64,000 nucleotides of DNA from Minisyncoccota bacterium (lineage in GTDB: Bacteria; Patescibacteriota; Minisyncoccia; Phycocordibacterales; PALSA-1337), in contig JBAZRG010000001.1 of NCBI GenBank assembly GCA_041663145.1, positions 254,984 through 318,983 of the forward strand, written 5' to 3'. How positions within the stretch are numbered: the first letter of the stretch is position 1; each line of letters opens with the position of its first letter. Below, in pieces: positions 1-11,089 of this stretch. The notes under the pieces were generated by a model. That model was not told where the DNA came from, made no database searches, and saw nothing but the letters and a program-made list of their open reading frames with translations. The position numbers and the translations under genes are program-made.

Positions 1-2
1 TA

Positions 3-455
3 AAATTCGTAGCCGTAGCTGTTATCGCTCTACATACAAGATTCAACGATGAACCGATCGATGCGATGATCTACTGCATCATCACCGCTCTTGGTTTTGC
101 CGCTATCGAAAACGCTCTCTTTGTGATGCAACCGCTCGAATCCGGCTCGATAGCCACTGGTCTCATGACTGTCAATATGCGTTTCATCGGAGCGACTCTC
201 GTACACATAGTCAGTTCGGCTCTGGTTGGTTTTGCTTTGGGATATGTTTTCTATCGTGGAATCATCACAAAAATATTTGCAGTCGCGATCGGGTTATCCC
301 TAGCTATCATATTGCATGCGATGTTCAATTTGTCTATAATAAATGGCACGACAGGAGACACTATGAAAGCATTCGCATGGGTCTGGGGAGCAGTCGTTAT
401 ATTGATCGTCTTATTTGAAGAGATCAAAGCCGTACAACCAAAATTTAAATATTAA
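3..455 (+). CDS. PrsW-family intramembrane metalloprotease (5' truncated by window edge)
   Basis: Frame is open from the window start; motifs DEPIDAMIY, ALGFAAIEN and LH..FN; hydrophobic helices. Confidence 0.8.
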   Translation, partial: KFVAVAVIALHTRFNDEPIDAMIYCIITALGFAAIENALFVMQPLESGSIATGLMTVNMRFIGATLVHIVSSALVGFALGYVFYRGIITKIFAVAIGLSLAIILHAMFNLSIINGTTGDTMKAFAWVWGAVVILIVLFEEIKAVQPKFKY

Positions 456-472
456 TACCTTTACAAACAAAC

Positions 473-955
473 ATGGCAAAAGACAAAAGATCATTTTTTG
501 AGAGAATCACAGGAACTATCCGTATGGAAGATAACGATGAACCTCGAGAGGTCAGTCGCATTCCTTCAAAAAAGACTTTAGGAGAGAGATCTGAGCCTGT
601 TTGGAAAGAAGAAGATACGGAGCAAGAGGGTGAATTGACTGTTGACGTCTATCAGACTCCAGAAATGATAGTTATAAAGTCCATGATTGCAGGAGTCAGA
701 CCTGAGGATCTGGATATTTCTATTACTAGAGACATGGTCACTATCCACGGCAAACGTGAAGAGGAGCGTATAGCGGATGATGACGATTATTTCACGAGAG
801 AATTGTATTGGGGATCATTTTCAAGAAGCATTTCCCTACCAGAAGAGATAGATGTAGACGAGGCAGAGGCCATAGAAAAACACGGTCTTCTCATCTTGAA
901 ATTACCTAAGCTCGACAAAAAGAGACAGTCAAAACTCAAAGTTAGGACGGCATAA
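473..955 (+). CDS. Hsp20/alpha-crystallin small heat shock protein
   Basis: VDVYQT..., RELYWGSFSRSISLP, A....GLLILKLPK. Confidence 0.9.
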   Translation: MAKDKRSFFERITGTIRMEDNDEPREVSRIPSKKTLGERSEPVWKEEDTEQEGELTVDVYQTPEMIVIKSMIAGVRPEDLDISITRDMVTIHGKREEERIADDDDYFTRELYWGSFSRSISLPEEIDVDEAEAIEKHGLLILKLPKLDKKRQSKLKVRTA

Positions 956-986
956 AAGACGATTATTATACGATAAATCAAAAAAT

Positions 987-1310
987 ATGGATCACAAAAA
1001 TATAACAACAGCTTTTGATATTCCTGGTAAGAAAATAACCGCTAATTTCGGTATTGTGAAAGGTATAATTGTTCGATCAAGATCGATATTTGGAACGATT
1101 GGCGGTTCTCTGCAGACCTTGGTTGGAGGAAATATCTCTCTATTTACCAATCTTTGTGAAAAAACTCGCAACGAAGCATATGAACTCATGATCAAACAGG
1201 CCCAAGACAAAGGTGCAAATGCTATCATCGGTATGAGATACGATACAACAGAATTACTCCAGGGTGTGACCGAAGTATTGTGTTACGGTACAGCTGTAAA
1301 AGTCGAATAA
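987..1310 (+). CDS. YbjQ-family (UPF0145) putative heavy-metal-binding protein
   Basis: GANAIIGMRYD...EVLCYGTAV signature. Confidence 0.9.
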   Translation: MDHKNITTAFDIPGKKITANFGIVKGIIVRSRSIFGTIGGSLQTLVGGNISLFTNLCEKTRNEAYELMIKQAQDKGANAIIGMRYDTTELLQGVTEVLCYGTAVKVE

Positions 1311-1371
1311 CATAACTAATCGCTAGCTACCCATCCTCGGAGCACGTACGGGAAGTTCTTTCTGGAAGGTT

Positions 1372-3567
<2,196 letters not shown>

Positions 3568-3623
3568 TTAATTATAGCATTTTAGCTTCATCAATGGAAG
3601 CACATTTTTTCACATTATTATGT

Positions 3624-3902
3624 CTAATGGAGGGTAACAATGCCTATCTTTCTTTCGATCTTTCTCGTACGTTCTTTGAGGATTTTATGTTCTCTCATGG
3701 TCGTGTAATTGAGATAAATGTTGTCGAGCTGGTTTTGCACACCATTGAATCTATAGTCCATTCGATTTTCCAAATCACCAAACCTCTTTTCCATTTTATT
3801 TTCCAAATCACCAATTCTCTTGTTTATACTAGTTTCTAGACGCAAAATCATTCCACCTAGATCGTCAATGGTTATTCTGTTTGTTTGAATCTTGGTTTTC
3901 AT
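3624..3902 (-). CDS. Hypothetical coiled-coil protein
   Basis: 92-aa ORF with an internal repeat (KRIGDLENKM/KRFGDLENRM). Confidence 0.6.
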   Translation of the reverse strand: MKTKIQTNRITIDDLGGMILRLETSINKRIGDLENKMEKRFGDLENRMDYRFNGVQNQLDNIYLNYTTMREHKILKERTRKIERKIGIVTLH

Positions 3903-4092
3903 CTGAATGTTTCGCCAATTACGATATAAGGAAATACGTCTAAATACTTTCTTGATTATATTTTATCAAAAATTTAATAATCAAATCAAGTTACATAGAT
4001 TCAAATTATGTCTCGTAATGAAGTAGATTACAAAAAAAGTATTACAATCGTAATTTTCATATCCCGAATCATCTTAAAACCTAATCATTGCA

Positions 4093-6135
4093 CTACCTCA
4101 CTTCCCAACCCTCTTTTTTAATACTTACATTTATAGCATTCATAACTTTTGATACTTCATCGTCTGTAAGAGTTCTATCCATCGATTGGAAAACCATACG
4201 GAAAGCGTATGACACTTTTCCTTCTTTTTTGAAAGTATCGAATAACAAATGCCTGACTAATAAATCCGATGCATCGGCAGATTTTATTGCTCCTTCTATT
4301 GTATTCCATACACCATTCGAATCGATAGATTCAGGAACAAAAACAGCAATGTCTCGAACTATAAAAGGATACTGTGAATATTTCGTATATCTCTTATCAG
4401 ATAACGCTTTGAATTCAAGATCTATAGCCGACGTAGATGTGACTGAAGAAGATTTCGATCCTGTATTTGATACAGATCGAACGAGACTTAAAATTTCACT
4501 AAGATCAATTTCACAAGCATAACTTTGATTTTGCGAGATAATTTTCGGAACGGAAAGTCCTATATTCAATCTTGCGAAAATTTCTTTTATAGCATTTTCG
4601 ATAATAACTCCTCCGTTTACACCTTTCATCTTTTTGACTTGAGCTGAACCGAGAGAAAGCACTACATTTTCTTGATTATGAGTAAAGACTCGACCGATCT
4701 CAAATATCTTAATTGAGTCGAGACCGAGTAGATCTGCATTTAAAACATTTTTATGAACGCAAGAAAGTATACCTTCAGTTAAGTTTTTTCGAATAAACGC
4801 CTTATCTTTGGCAAGAGGTTTTAAAGTCTCAATATCGCCTTTTTCAACAAGTGAATAGAGGCTGACTTCGGAAAAACCGATACCGGTTAATATATTCTTC
4901 AATCGTTCCGAAACAGAAAAGTTCAATTCTGTAATCGGATCCGTAGTTGCTTTCGCTGGCAATTTTCCGGCAATCTTTTCATAACCATATACACGACCGA
5001 TCTCTTCGACGATATCTTCACGAATTCTCAAATCTAATCGTTCGTGCGGTATAGTCAGAGACCATATATTCCCTTTTGCGACGACACCCATGTTCATCTT
5101 CATCAGAATATTTTTTATTGTATCTGCAGGAACTTCTATGCCTAATCTTTCTTTTACATACGCGGGATCAAAATCAACAATCACGTCTTTGGATTTATGC
5201 TGATATTCATCAACAATCGGACCAAAAACAGCATTCGGATATCGTTCTTTTATAAGTGCACAAGCATTATTCATCCCATGAATAGCCAATTCCGGAGTGA
5301 TCTCATTTTCAAACCTCTTTGAAGAATCGCTTCGAATATCGTATTTGGTGGAAGTACGTCTCACTGCCGTCGGATCAAAATTGGCGGATTCGATAATAAT
5401 CCTTTTTGTGGATTCCGAGACTTCAGCTCTCTTCCCTCCTTTGGCTCCAGCGATGACAAGTGGTCCATCTTCATCGGCAATGACATTGTCATCTGAAGTC
5501 AAAATGATCTCCCGACCATCGAGAAGTACGATCTTTTCTCCTTCTTTGGCGGACCTTACCGTGATAGGACCCTTAACCTTATCTGCATCGAAAGCATGCA
5601 AAGGCTGACCGATGTCATACATCACATAGTTTGTAATATCAACAATAGGATTTATAGAACGTTGACCAATAGATTCTAAAGCACTTTTCAAATATGCTGA
5701 AAAATTATTTGATCCTGCCTTCGCTAAAGCTACGGCAGGCAAGCCTGCTTTCGGCACGGCTACTGGAGGCAAGCCTGCTTTCGAATTTATCTCGATACAT
5801 CTAGCTATATATCTTCGGCAAAATTTATCATTCTCCAATTTTACAATAGGACAATGATCTGCATTGGCAGATAACGCCTCCACATATCGTTTCTTTGGCA
5901 ACATATCAGTTAAGAATGATATCTCATCAGCGATACCCTTATGTGACAAAGCGTAGTGGGCTCTGTCAGGCAGAACCTTGATATCCAAAACTGAATCAGC
6001 ACTACCGTCAGTATTTTTTATATCCTCGACTCCTTCAACCTCAAAAGAATGCATAGCAAAAAGATCAGCGAGCGTATCCGCATCTGGGATTTTTGCATCA
6101 AAATATGTTTGTAACCACTTGTGAGAGACTTTCAT
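4093..6135 (-). CDS. pheT: Phenylalanine--tRNA ligase beta subunit (short form, OB-fold domain apparently absent)
   Basis: GQPLHAFD, DIVEEIGRVYGY, C-terminal FDX-ACB (RDIAV...RTLTDDEV); follows pheS. Confidence 0.93.
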   Translation of the reverse strand: MKVSHKWLQTYFDAKIPDADTLADLFAMHSFEVEGVEDIKNTDGSADSVLDIKVLPDRAHYALSHKGIADEISFLTDMLPKKRYVEALSANADHCPIVKLENDKFCRRYIARCIEINSKAGLPPVAVPKAGLPAVALAKAGSNNFSAYLKSALESIGQRSINPIVDITNYVMYDIGQPLHAFDADKVKGPITVRSAKEGEKIVLLDGREIILTSDDNVIADEDGPLVIAGAKGGKRAEVSESTKRIIIESANFDPTAVRRTSTKYDIRSDSSKRFENEITPELAIHGMNNACALIKERYPNAVFGPIVDEYQHKSKDVIVDFDPAYVKERLGIEVPADTIKNILMKMNMGVVAKGNIWSLTIPHERLDLRIREDIVEEIGRVYGYEKIAGKLPAKATTDPITELNFSVSERLKNILTGIGFSEVSLYSLVEKGDIETLKPLAKDKAFIRKNLTEGILSCVHKNVLNADLLGLDSIKIFEIGRVFTHNQENVVLSLGSAQVKKMKGVNGGVIIENAIKEIFARLNIGLSVPKIISQNQSYACEIDLSEILSLVRSVSNTGSKSSSVTSTSAIDLEFKALSDKRYTKYSQYPFIVRDIAVFVPESIDSNGVWNTIEGAIKSADASDLLVRHLLFDTFKKEGKVSYAFRMVFQSMDRTLTDDEVSKVMNAINVSIKKEGWEVR
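5714..5783. repeat. Tandem 30-bp palindromic unit inserted in frame in pheT
   Basis: cctgccttcgctaaagctacggcaggcaag, then a degenerate second and a partial third copy; encodes KAGLPPVAVPKAGLPAVALAKAG. Confidence 0.85.
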
Positions 6136-6860
6136 TAGAATTGATTTATGAGACGCAGATCACCATTATAGAGAGATCTTATATCGTCTATGCCGAACTT
6201 GAGCATGACTAGTCGATCTATACCAAAACCAAAGGCAAAACCTTGCCACTCGTTTGGATCGAGTTTCACTGCTTTGAAAACCTCCGGATGAACGAGTCCG
6301 GCTCCACCCATTTCCAACCATCGACCCTTCCAACGCATATCGACTTCGACTCCCGGCTCGACGAATGGAAAAAAACTCGGTCGAAAACGTATTTCCACAT
6401 CATCTCCAAATATCTTTCGGAACATAAGTTCGAGGACACCTTTCAAATGTGCCAAAGAGACGTTCTTGTCCACATACAAAGCTTCTATCTGGTGAAATTG
6501 GGCCTCATGAGTAGCATCAGTAGCTTCGTTACGATACACCTTACCGGGAACTATGATCCTAACTGGTGGTTTATGAGCTTCCAAATATCGAATCTGTACC
6601 GATGAAGTATGAGTACGCAAGACATGTTGCTTGCTTTCATTTGCATCTTTTTTTATCCAAAAAGTGTCCTGCATGTCTCGAGCAGGATGATCATGAGGTA
6701 CATTGAGAGCATCAAAATTATGAAATTCATCTTCAAGCTCAGGTCCATCTGCTATCTCAAAACCCAGATCACGAAAAGTCCCGTAGATCTCTCGAACGAT
6801 CTGGGTGATCGGGTGCAATGAGCCGATCTTCTTATCTCCAAGCATTTCCGTATTTGACAT
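6135..6860 (-). CDS. pheS: Phenylalanine--tRNA ligase alpha subunit
   Basis: HPARDMQDTF, LRTHTS, FRPSFFPFVEP, GFAFGFGIDRL. Confidence 0.97.
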   Translation of the reverse strand: MSNTEMLGDKKIGSLHPITQIVREIYGTFRDLGFEIADGPELEDEFHNFDALNVPHDHPARDMQDTFWIKKDANESKQHVLRTHTSSVQIRYLEAHKPPVRIIVPGKVYRNEATDATHEAQFHQIEALYVDKNVSLAHLKGVLELMFRKIFGDDVEIRFRPSFFPFVEPGVEVDMRWKGRWLEMGGAGLVHPEVFKAVKLDPNEWQGFAFGFGIDRLVMLKFGIDDIRSLYNGDLRLINQF

Positions 6861-6910
6861 ATTGGCTATACTCTAACAAAAAAGCTTCAAATATCCAAAC
6901 GATAGTAGGG

Positions 6911-6983
6911 AGCCACCTCCCAGACTTGAACTGGGGACCTTCGCTTTACAAAAGCGTTGCTCTACCAACTGAGCTAAGGTGGC
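6911..6983 (-). tRNA. tRNA-Thr(UGU)
   Basis: Cloverleaf gccacct...aggtggct; anticodon loop tttgtaa; CCA not encoded. Confidence 0.93.
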
Positions 6984-7078
6984 AAATCATTTGTTAAATA
7001 ACTTTCAATAATGAAAGATTGCGATACAACTTCGCAAGTAGAAAAAGAATAGCTTATTTAGCAAAATAACGCAAAAGA

Positions 7079-7453
7079 TTATTTGTCGTTAATTCTGCGT
7101 AGATAGAATGAAGCGCCATGATGCTTAATATCAGCACGTCCACGGACAGCATCTATGACTTTGCGACTGTGTGGATTTGCCAATGCTTTATCTTTACCTT
7201 CGACATATATCTTACGTATGCGTAGTAAAACATGAAAGGCCAACCACTGAGCTAGGGTAATGAAAGTTTTTCTATTGAGATATGCTATAGCTCGACGGAC
7301 CCCACTAAAAAGTTTATGGAAAGCATGGTCAGTACCTTTTCCTAGTCTAGCAACCAAACTGGGTCGTCCAGACTTTATCTCACGTCTCTTTAAGAGAATC
7401 ATAAGAATGATTCCGATCAAAGATATGTAAAATATTGTAATGATGCTGTACAT
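7079..7453 (-). CDS. Hypothetical membrane-anchored protein
   Basis: N-terminal TM helix, basic tail; lies downstream of tsf. Confidence 0.7.
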   Translation of the reverse strand: MYSIITIFYISLIGIILMILLKRREIKSGRPSLVARLGKGTDHAFHKLFSGVRRAIAYLNRKTFITLAQWLAFHVLLRIRKIYVEGKDKALANPHSRKVIDAVRGRADIKHHGASFYLRRINDK

Positions 7454-7471
7454 ATTCTTTTTTCTCCCAAA

Positions 7472-8092
7472 TTACTCCAAAACCTTGAAACGACAATAAC
7501 GAGCAACGGCTATCTTTTCACCAAATTTTTGAGTAGCCTGATCGATAAGTCCCTGAACAGTTACATCACCATTTTTGATGAATGGCTGAGCCAAAAGGAC
7601 CATCTCTCCAAAATATGCATTGAGCTTTCCTTCCAAAATAGCTTTCTTAACAGCCTCAGGCTTGTCCGCCATAGCCTTGGCGGAGGCGGGATTTCCTTTT
7701 ACTTCTTCTTCAAAAACTTCACGAGCGGCTTTCATATCGGACTCCTTTATGTCATCGGTCTTCAAGAATTTTGGATTTGTCGCTGTTACATGCATAGCTA
7801 TATCTCGAGCTAAGGTCTTGAAATCTTCGTTATTTGCCACGAAATCTGTTTCGCAGTTGAGCTCCACCATGGAAGCAACAGTACCATTTGCATGAACATA
7901 AGTCTGGATGGTGCCAGCACGAAAAGTTCGGTCGCTTTTCTTGGAAGCAAATTCACCGCTTTTCTTTCGCAATATGACCAGAGCTTTTTCGGCATCTCCA
8001 CCGGCTTCTTCTAGAGCCTTTTTGCATTGCATGATTGAGATTCCGGTTTGATCGCGAAGTTCTTTGACTTGTTCGGTTGTGATTGTAGGCAT
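7472..8092 (-). CDS. tsf: Elongation factor Ts (short form)
   Basis: VKELRDQTG..MQCKKAL, ELNCETDFVA; start placed at MPTITT. Confidence 0.95.
   Translation of the reverse strand: MPTITTEQVKELRDQTGISIMQCKKALEEAGGDAEKALVILRKKSGEFASKKSDRTFRAGTIQTYVHANGTVASMVELNCETDFVANNEDFKTLARDIAMHVTATNPKFLKTDDIKESDMKAAREVFEEEVKGNPASAKAMADKPEAVKKAILEGKLNAYFGEMVLLAQPFIKNGDVTVQGLIDQATQKFGEKIAVARYCRFKVLE
7661..7690. repeat. 30-bp palindromic unit inserted in frame in tsf
   Basis: Minus strand cccgcctccgccaaggctatggcggacaag (PASAKAMADK); aligns to the pheT unit. Confidence 0.85.
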
Positions 8093-8213
8093 GTTTTTTA
8101 TTGTTTTGATATTCTCTTTCTCTTTGTAAGCACCCACACTCTCACGTGATGAATCTGGGTGATCCGACTTACTTTCCGAAATGAAAATAATTGGTCCAAT
8201 CATGGGACTCTTA

Positions 8214-8906
8214 CTAAACCGTCTTCTTTACGTTAGCTGAGTAGGCCTTGGTTATTTCATCGACAAAATATTGGATACTCATCTTTGAACCGTCGTTACC
8301 GACAATAGGATAATTGATATTGGCAATATTACAATCTGAACCTGACAAAGCGATAACGGGAATATTGAAATCCATAGCTTCTTTTATAGCACCAGCTTCA
8401 TGTCGAGGATCGATAACAAATAAAGCATCAGGAGCTTTCTTTAGGATCACAATACCCAAAAACATCTTTTCCAAAGAAGCGATCTCTTTGTCGATAAGCA
8501 TCCTTTCGCGTTTTGTATATTTTGCTAGTTCACCCTTTTCTCGATCAGAGATGAATTTTTCGTAAATATCAATGCGTTTTTTGATCTGAGGAAAGTTTGT
8601 AATGGTTCCACCGATCCATCGTCCATCTACATAAGGCATATTGAGGGACATAGCTGCGTTCTTTATGGTCAAAGAAGCCTCTTTTTTTCCGCCCACAAAC
8701 ATAATAGTTTTGCCTTCTTTGGCAAGAGAAGCTACGAAATCTTTGGCTTTTTCTAGGCTGGCCTCGGTTTTTTCGAGATCGAAGATATCGGTATTGTTTT
8801 TTGTGCCGAATATATAAGGGACTATCGTCGAATGTCTGCGAGATCGAACCATGCCGAAATGAGCGCCGACTTCAAACATCTTATCCAAGGTATTTTTGAT
8901 TTCCAT
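8214..8906 (-). CDS. rpsB: 30S ribosomal protein S2
   Basis: GAHFG, RWIGGTITNF, PIVGND; rpsB-tsf gene order. Confidence 0.95.
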   Translation of the reverse strand: MEIKNTLDKMFEVGAHFGMVRSRRHSTIVPYIFGTKNNTDIFDLEKTEASLEKAKDFVASLAKEGKTIMFVGGKKEASLTIKNAAMSLNMPYVDGRWIGGTITNFPQIKKRIDIYEKFISDREKGELAKYTKRERMLIDKEIASLEKMFLGIVILKKAPDALFVIDPRHEAGAIKEAMDFNIPVIALSGSDCNIANINYPIVGNDGSKMSIQYFVDEITKAYSANVKKTV

Positions 8907-9004
8907 ATGTGGATATAAACTATCAAAAATAGGGTTATAAGTCAAATCAAACATATAAATTGGACTTGCGTAAACATCGAACCTTCTTTTATACTTATGC
9001 CAAT

Positions 9005-9694
9005 ATGAAAATCCTGATTATCGAGGATGATCTTAGAACCGCAAACGTTGTCCGAGACGGACTAAAAGCCGATGACCATACCGTGGAAATAGCCAGTGAC
9101 GGAGCCGAGGGTTCTTTTATGGCTAGAACATTCGAGTATGATGCCATAGTCCTAGACTATTCATTACCAAAGAAAAATGGGCTCGAAGTCTGCCGAGAGG
9201 TACGTCTAGCCGGTCGAACCACCCCCATATTGTTCTTATCGATAGTAGATGATTCGGATACAAAAATCGCCGCTCTCAACCAAGGAGCGGATGATTATAT
9301 GACCAAACCTTTTCAACTGCTAGAACTTTATGCCCGGATACGGGCGGTAACCAGACGTCCAGCAATCATAAATAAGACCTGCGTATCTGTCGATGATCTC
9401 TCTATCGACACCGATCGACACATCGTACTCCGTGGTACCACTCGTATCCGCATGACACGAAAAGAGTTCAATCTGCTTGAATACTTGATGAAGAACACCG
9501 GTAGAGTTTTATCGCGAGCCCTACTCATGGAACATGTCTGGACAGCGGATAGTAATCCATTTTCAAATACAGTCGAGGCTCATATTCGAAATATTCGTAA
9601 AAAGATCTGTATAAATCACAGACCTGACCTTATCGCAAATATTCCAGGCCGTGGCTATGTCATCGATACTCTGCAAAATTTAAGAAAGCTCTAA
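9005..9694 (+). CDS. OmpR/PhoB-family response regulator (no kinase gene adjacent)
   Basis: ILIIEDD, VLD, GADDYMTKPF, winged helix NTVEAHIRNIRKK...GRGY. Confidence 0.92.
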   Translation: MKILIIEDDLRTANVVRDGLKADDHTVEIASDGAEGSFMARTFEYDAIVLDYSLPKKNGLEVCREVRLAGRTTPILFLSIVDDSDTKIAALNQGADDYMTKPFQLLELYARIRAVTRRPAIINKTCVSVDDLSIDTDRHIVLRGTTRIRMTRKEFNLLEYLMKNTGRVLSRALLMEHVWTADSNPFSNTVEAHIRNIRKKICINHRPDLIANIPGRGYVIDTLQNLRKL

Positions 9695-9948
9695 GAGTTA
9701 ATTTATCCGAAATTGAATAGATTTTTAATAGGATTTTATCGCCTATTGTTATGCTAATTGCGGTTATGAGTCGACATAACCCTTATGAACCTTATTGTCC
9801 CATAGTATGATGCACGCAACTTCCCCGGTTCGGAAGCCTAAGCCCTCCCGACCACGTGCTCCGAAAAAATAGCAAAACTAGTCGAGACAAATCAAACGAA
9901 GATCGTATATCACGAAAGCTGGCAGGCCTATCGTGCATATATGAAAAT

Positions 9949-9990
9949 GTCATGCTCATTCCGACGTTAACACGGAAAGCATGACTTTTT
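9949..9990 (+). terminator. Intrinsic terminator
   Basis: gtcatgc...gcatgac stem followed by TTTTT. Confidence 0.6.
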
Positions 9991-10012
9991 CATTTGTATG
10001 AGAAGTTGATGT

Positions 10013-10034
10013 TGTGCCAAGGACCAGGATCGAA
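10013..10034 (-). repeat. 22-bp direct duplication of the tRNA-Phe 3' end (att-like scar)
   Basis: tgtgccaaggaccaggatcgaa, identical to 10083-10104. Confidence 0.85.
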
Positions 10035-10084
10035 AGTTACCCCATCCCGCAAGAATCGCAACTATGTGATTTCTAATAATGCTG

Positions 10085-10157
10085 TGCCAAGGACCAGGAT
10101 CGAACTGGTGACCCTTCCCTCTTCAGGGGAATGCTCTACCAACTGAGCTACCTTGGC
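10085..10157 (-). tRNA. tRNA-Phe(GAA)
   Basis: gccaagg...ccttggca; anticodon arm ttccc-ctgaaga-gggaa. Confidence 0.95.
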
Positions 10158-10183
10158 GCATTTTGGCTTACAGCTTACCTTGG

Positions 10184-10414
10184 TTACAAACCTTGAAGCA
10201 TACTTTGACCATCAGATATTATATCTGTCATAGACATAACATACGGCTGAATAGCATAATACGCACCCAAGCCTAGACCAATAATGACAACCCAATACAA
10301 CACTCTAAAGATAATCGCATACCTATTGGCTCTGCGCATCTTGCGGAGAATGGCGTTATTTTCCTCCGACATTTTGTAAGTACGCTCCAATAACGACTTT
10401 TCTTCGGGTGTCAT
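10184..10414 (-). CDS. Small single-TM hypothetical protein
   Basis: 76 aa, one TM helix, -10-like element just upstream. Confidence 0.7.
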   Translation of the reverse strand: MTPEEKSLLERTYKMSEENNAILRKMRRANRYAIIFRVLYWVVIIGLGLGAYYAIQPYVMSMTDIISDGQSMLQGL

Positions 10415-10469
10415 GGAAACACTATAACAGATTTATATCCGACACGGAAGTGTGTTAGGATTTCTAGAC

Positions 10470-10541
10470 GCCCCCGTAGTTCAATGGATAGAACAGTTCC
10501 GTCCTAAGGAATAGATGTAGGTTCGATTCCTACCGAGGGCA
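10470..10541 (+). tRNA. tRNA-Arg(CCU)
   Basis: gcccccg...cgagggca; anticodon loop gtcctaa; T-loop ttcgatt. Confidence 0.93.
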
Positions 10542-10590
10542 CTACTTCGCAACCCTGTAACGCACAGGGTTGCTTCGTAGTGCGAGGCAC
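10539..10590 (+). repeat. tRNA 3'-anchored hairpin element (family E)
   Basis: gcactac-ttc-gcaaccctg...cagggttgc-ttc-gtagtgc-gaggcac; same consensus as the element after tRNA-Gly. Confidence 0.8.
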
Positions 10591-10657
10591 CTTGTAATAT
10601 ACCCTTTAGTGTTATATAATGATTGGGTTAAAAAATCTTATCAATTAACAAAGATCT

Positions 10658-11086
10658 ATGAATAAGACATCTGTTCAAATCGCAATTGTAGCAGTAGCAG
10701 TCATCGTTGGTGGTGCTATCTATTTTAGCGCCCCAAAGACCGAGAATGTAGACGATCAATCAGCAGCAATCATATTATCTACTGACCCAAAGATTCAACG
10801 CCTATACCCTTATGAATTCACCGCTTACCTCCAAAGCGGAGATGTAACCGTGATTGACATCAGAACTCCTGAAGAATTCGATGGTGGACATATTGAGAAT
10901 GCAGTAAACCTCGATTTCTACTCTCCTGAATTCAAGGACAACCTTTCGACTTTGGACAAAAACAAAAAGTATGCGATCTACTGCAGATCTGGCGCCAGAA
11001 GCGAAGAGACTCTCACAATCATGAAAGACCTCGGCTTTATGGATGTTGCCGATCTTATTGGCGGACTAGAAAGTATCCAACAGTAA
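10658..11086 (+). CDS. Rhodanese-like domain protein with membrane anchor
   Basis: IDIRTPEEF..GHI..A, YCRSGARS. Confidence 0.9.
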   Translation: MNKTSVQIAIVAVAVIVGGAIYFSAPKTENVDDQSAAIILSTDPKIQRLYPYEFTAYLQSGDVTVIDIRTPEEFDGGHIENAVNLDFYSPEFKDNLSTLDKNKKYAIYCRSGARSEETLTIMKDLGFMDVADLIGGLESIQQ

Positions 11087-11089
11087 CAA

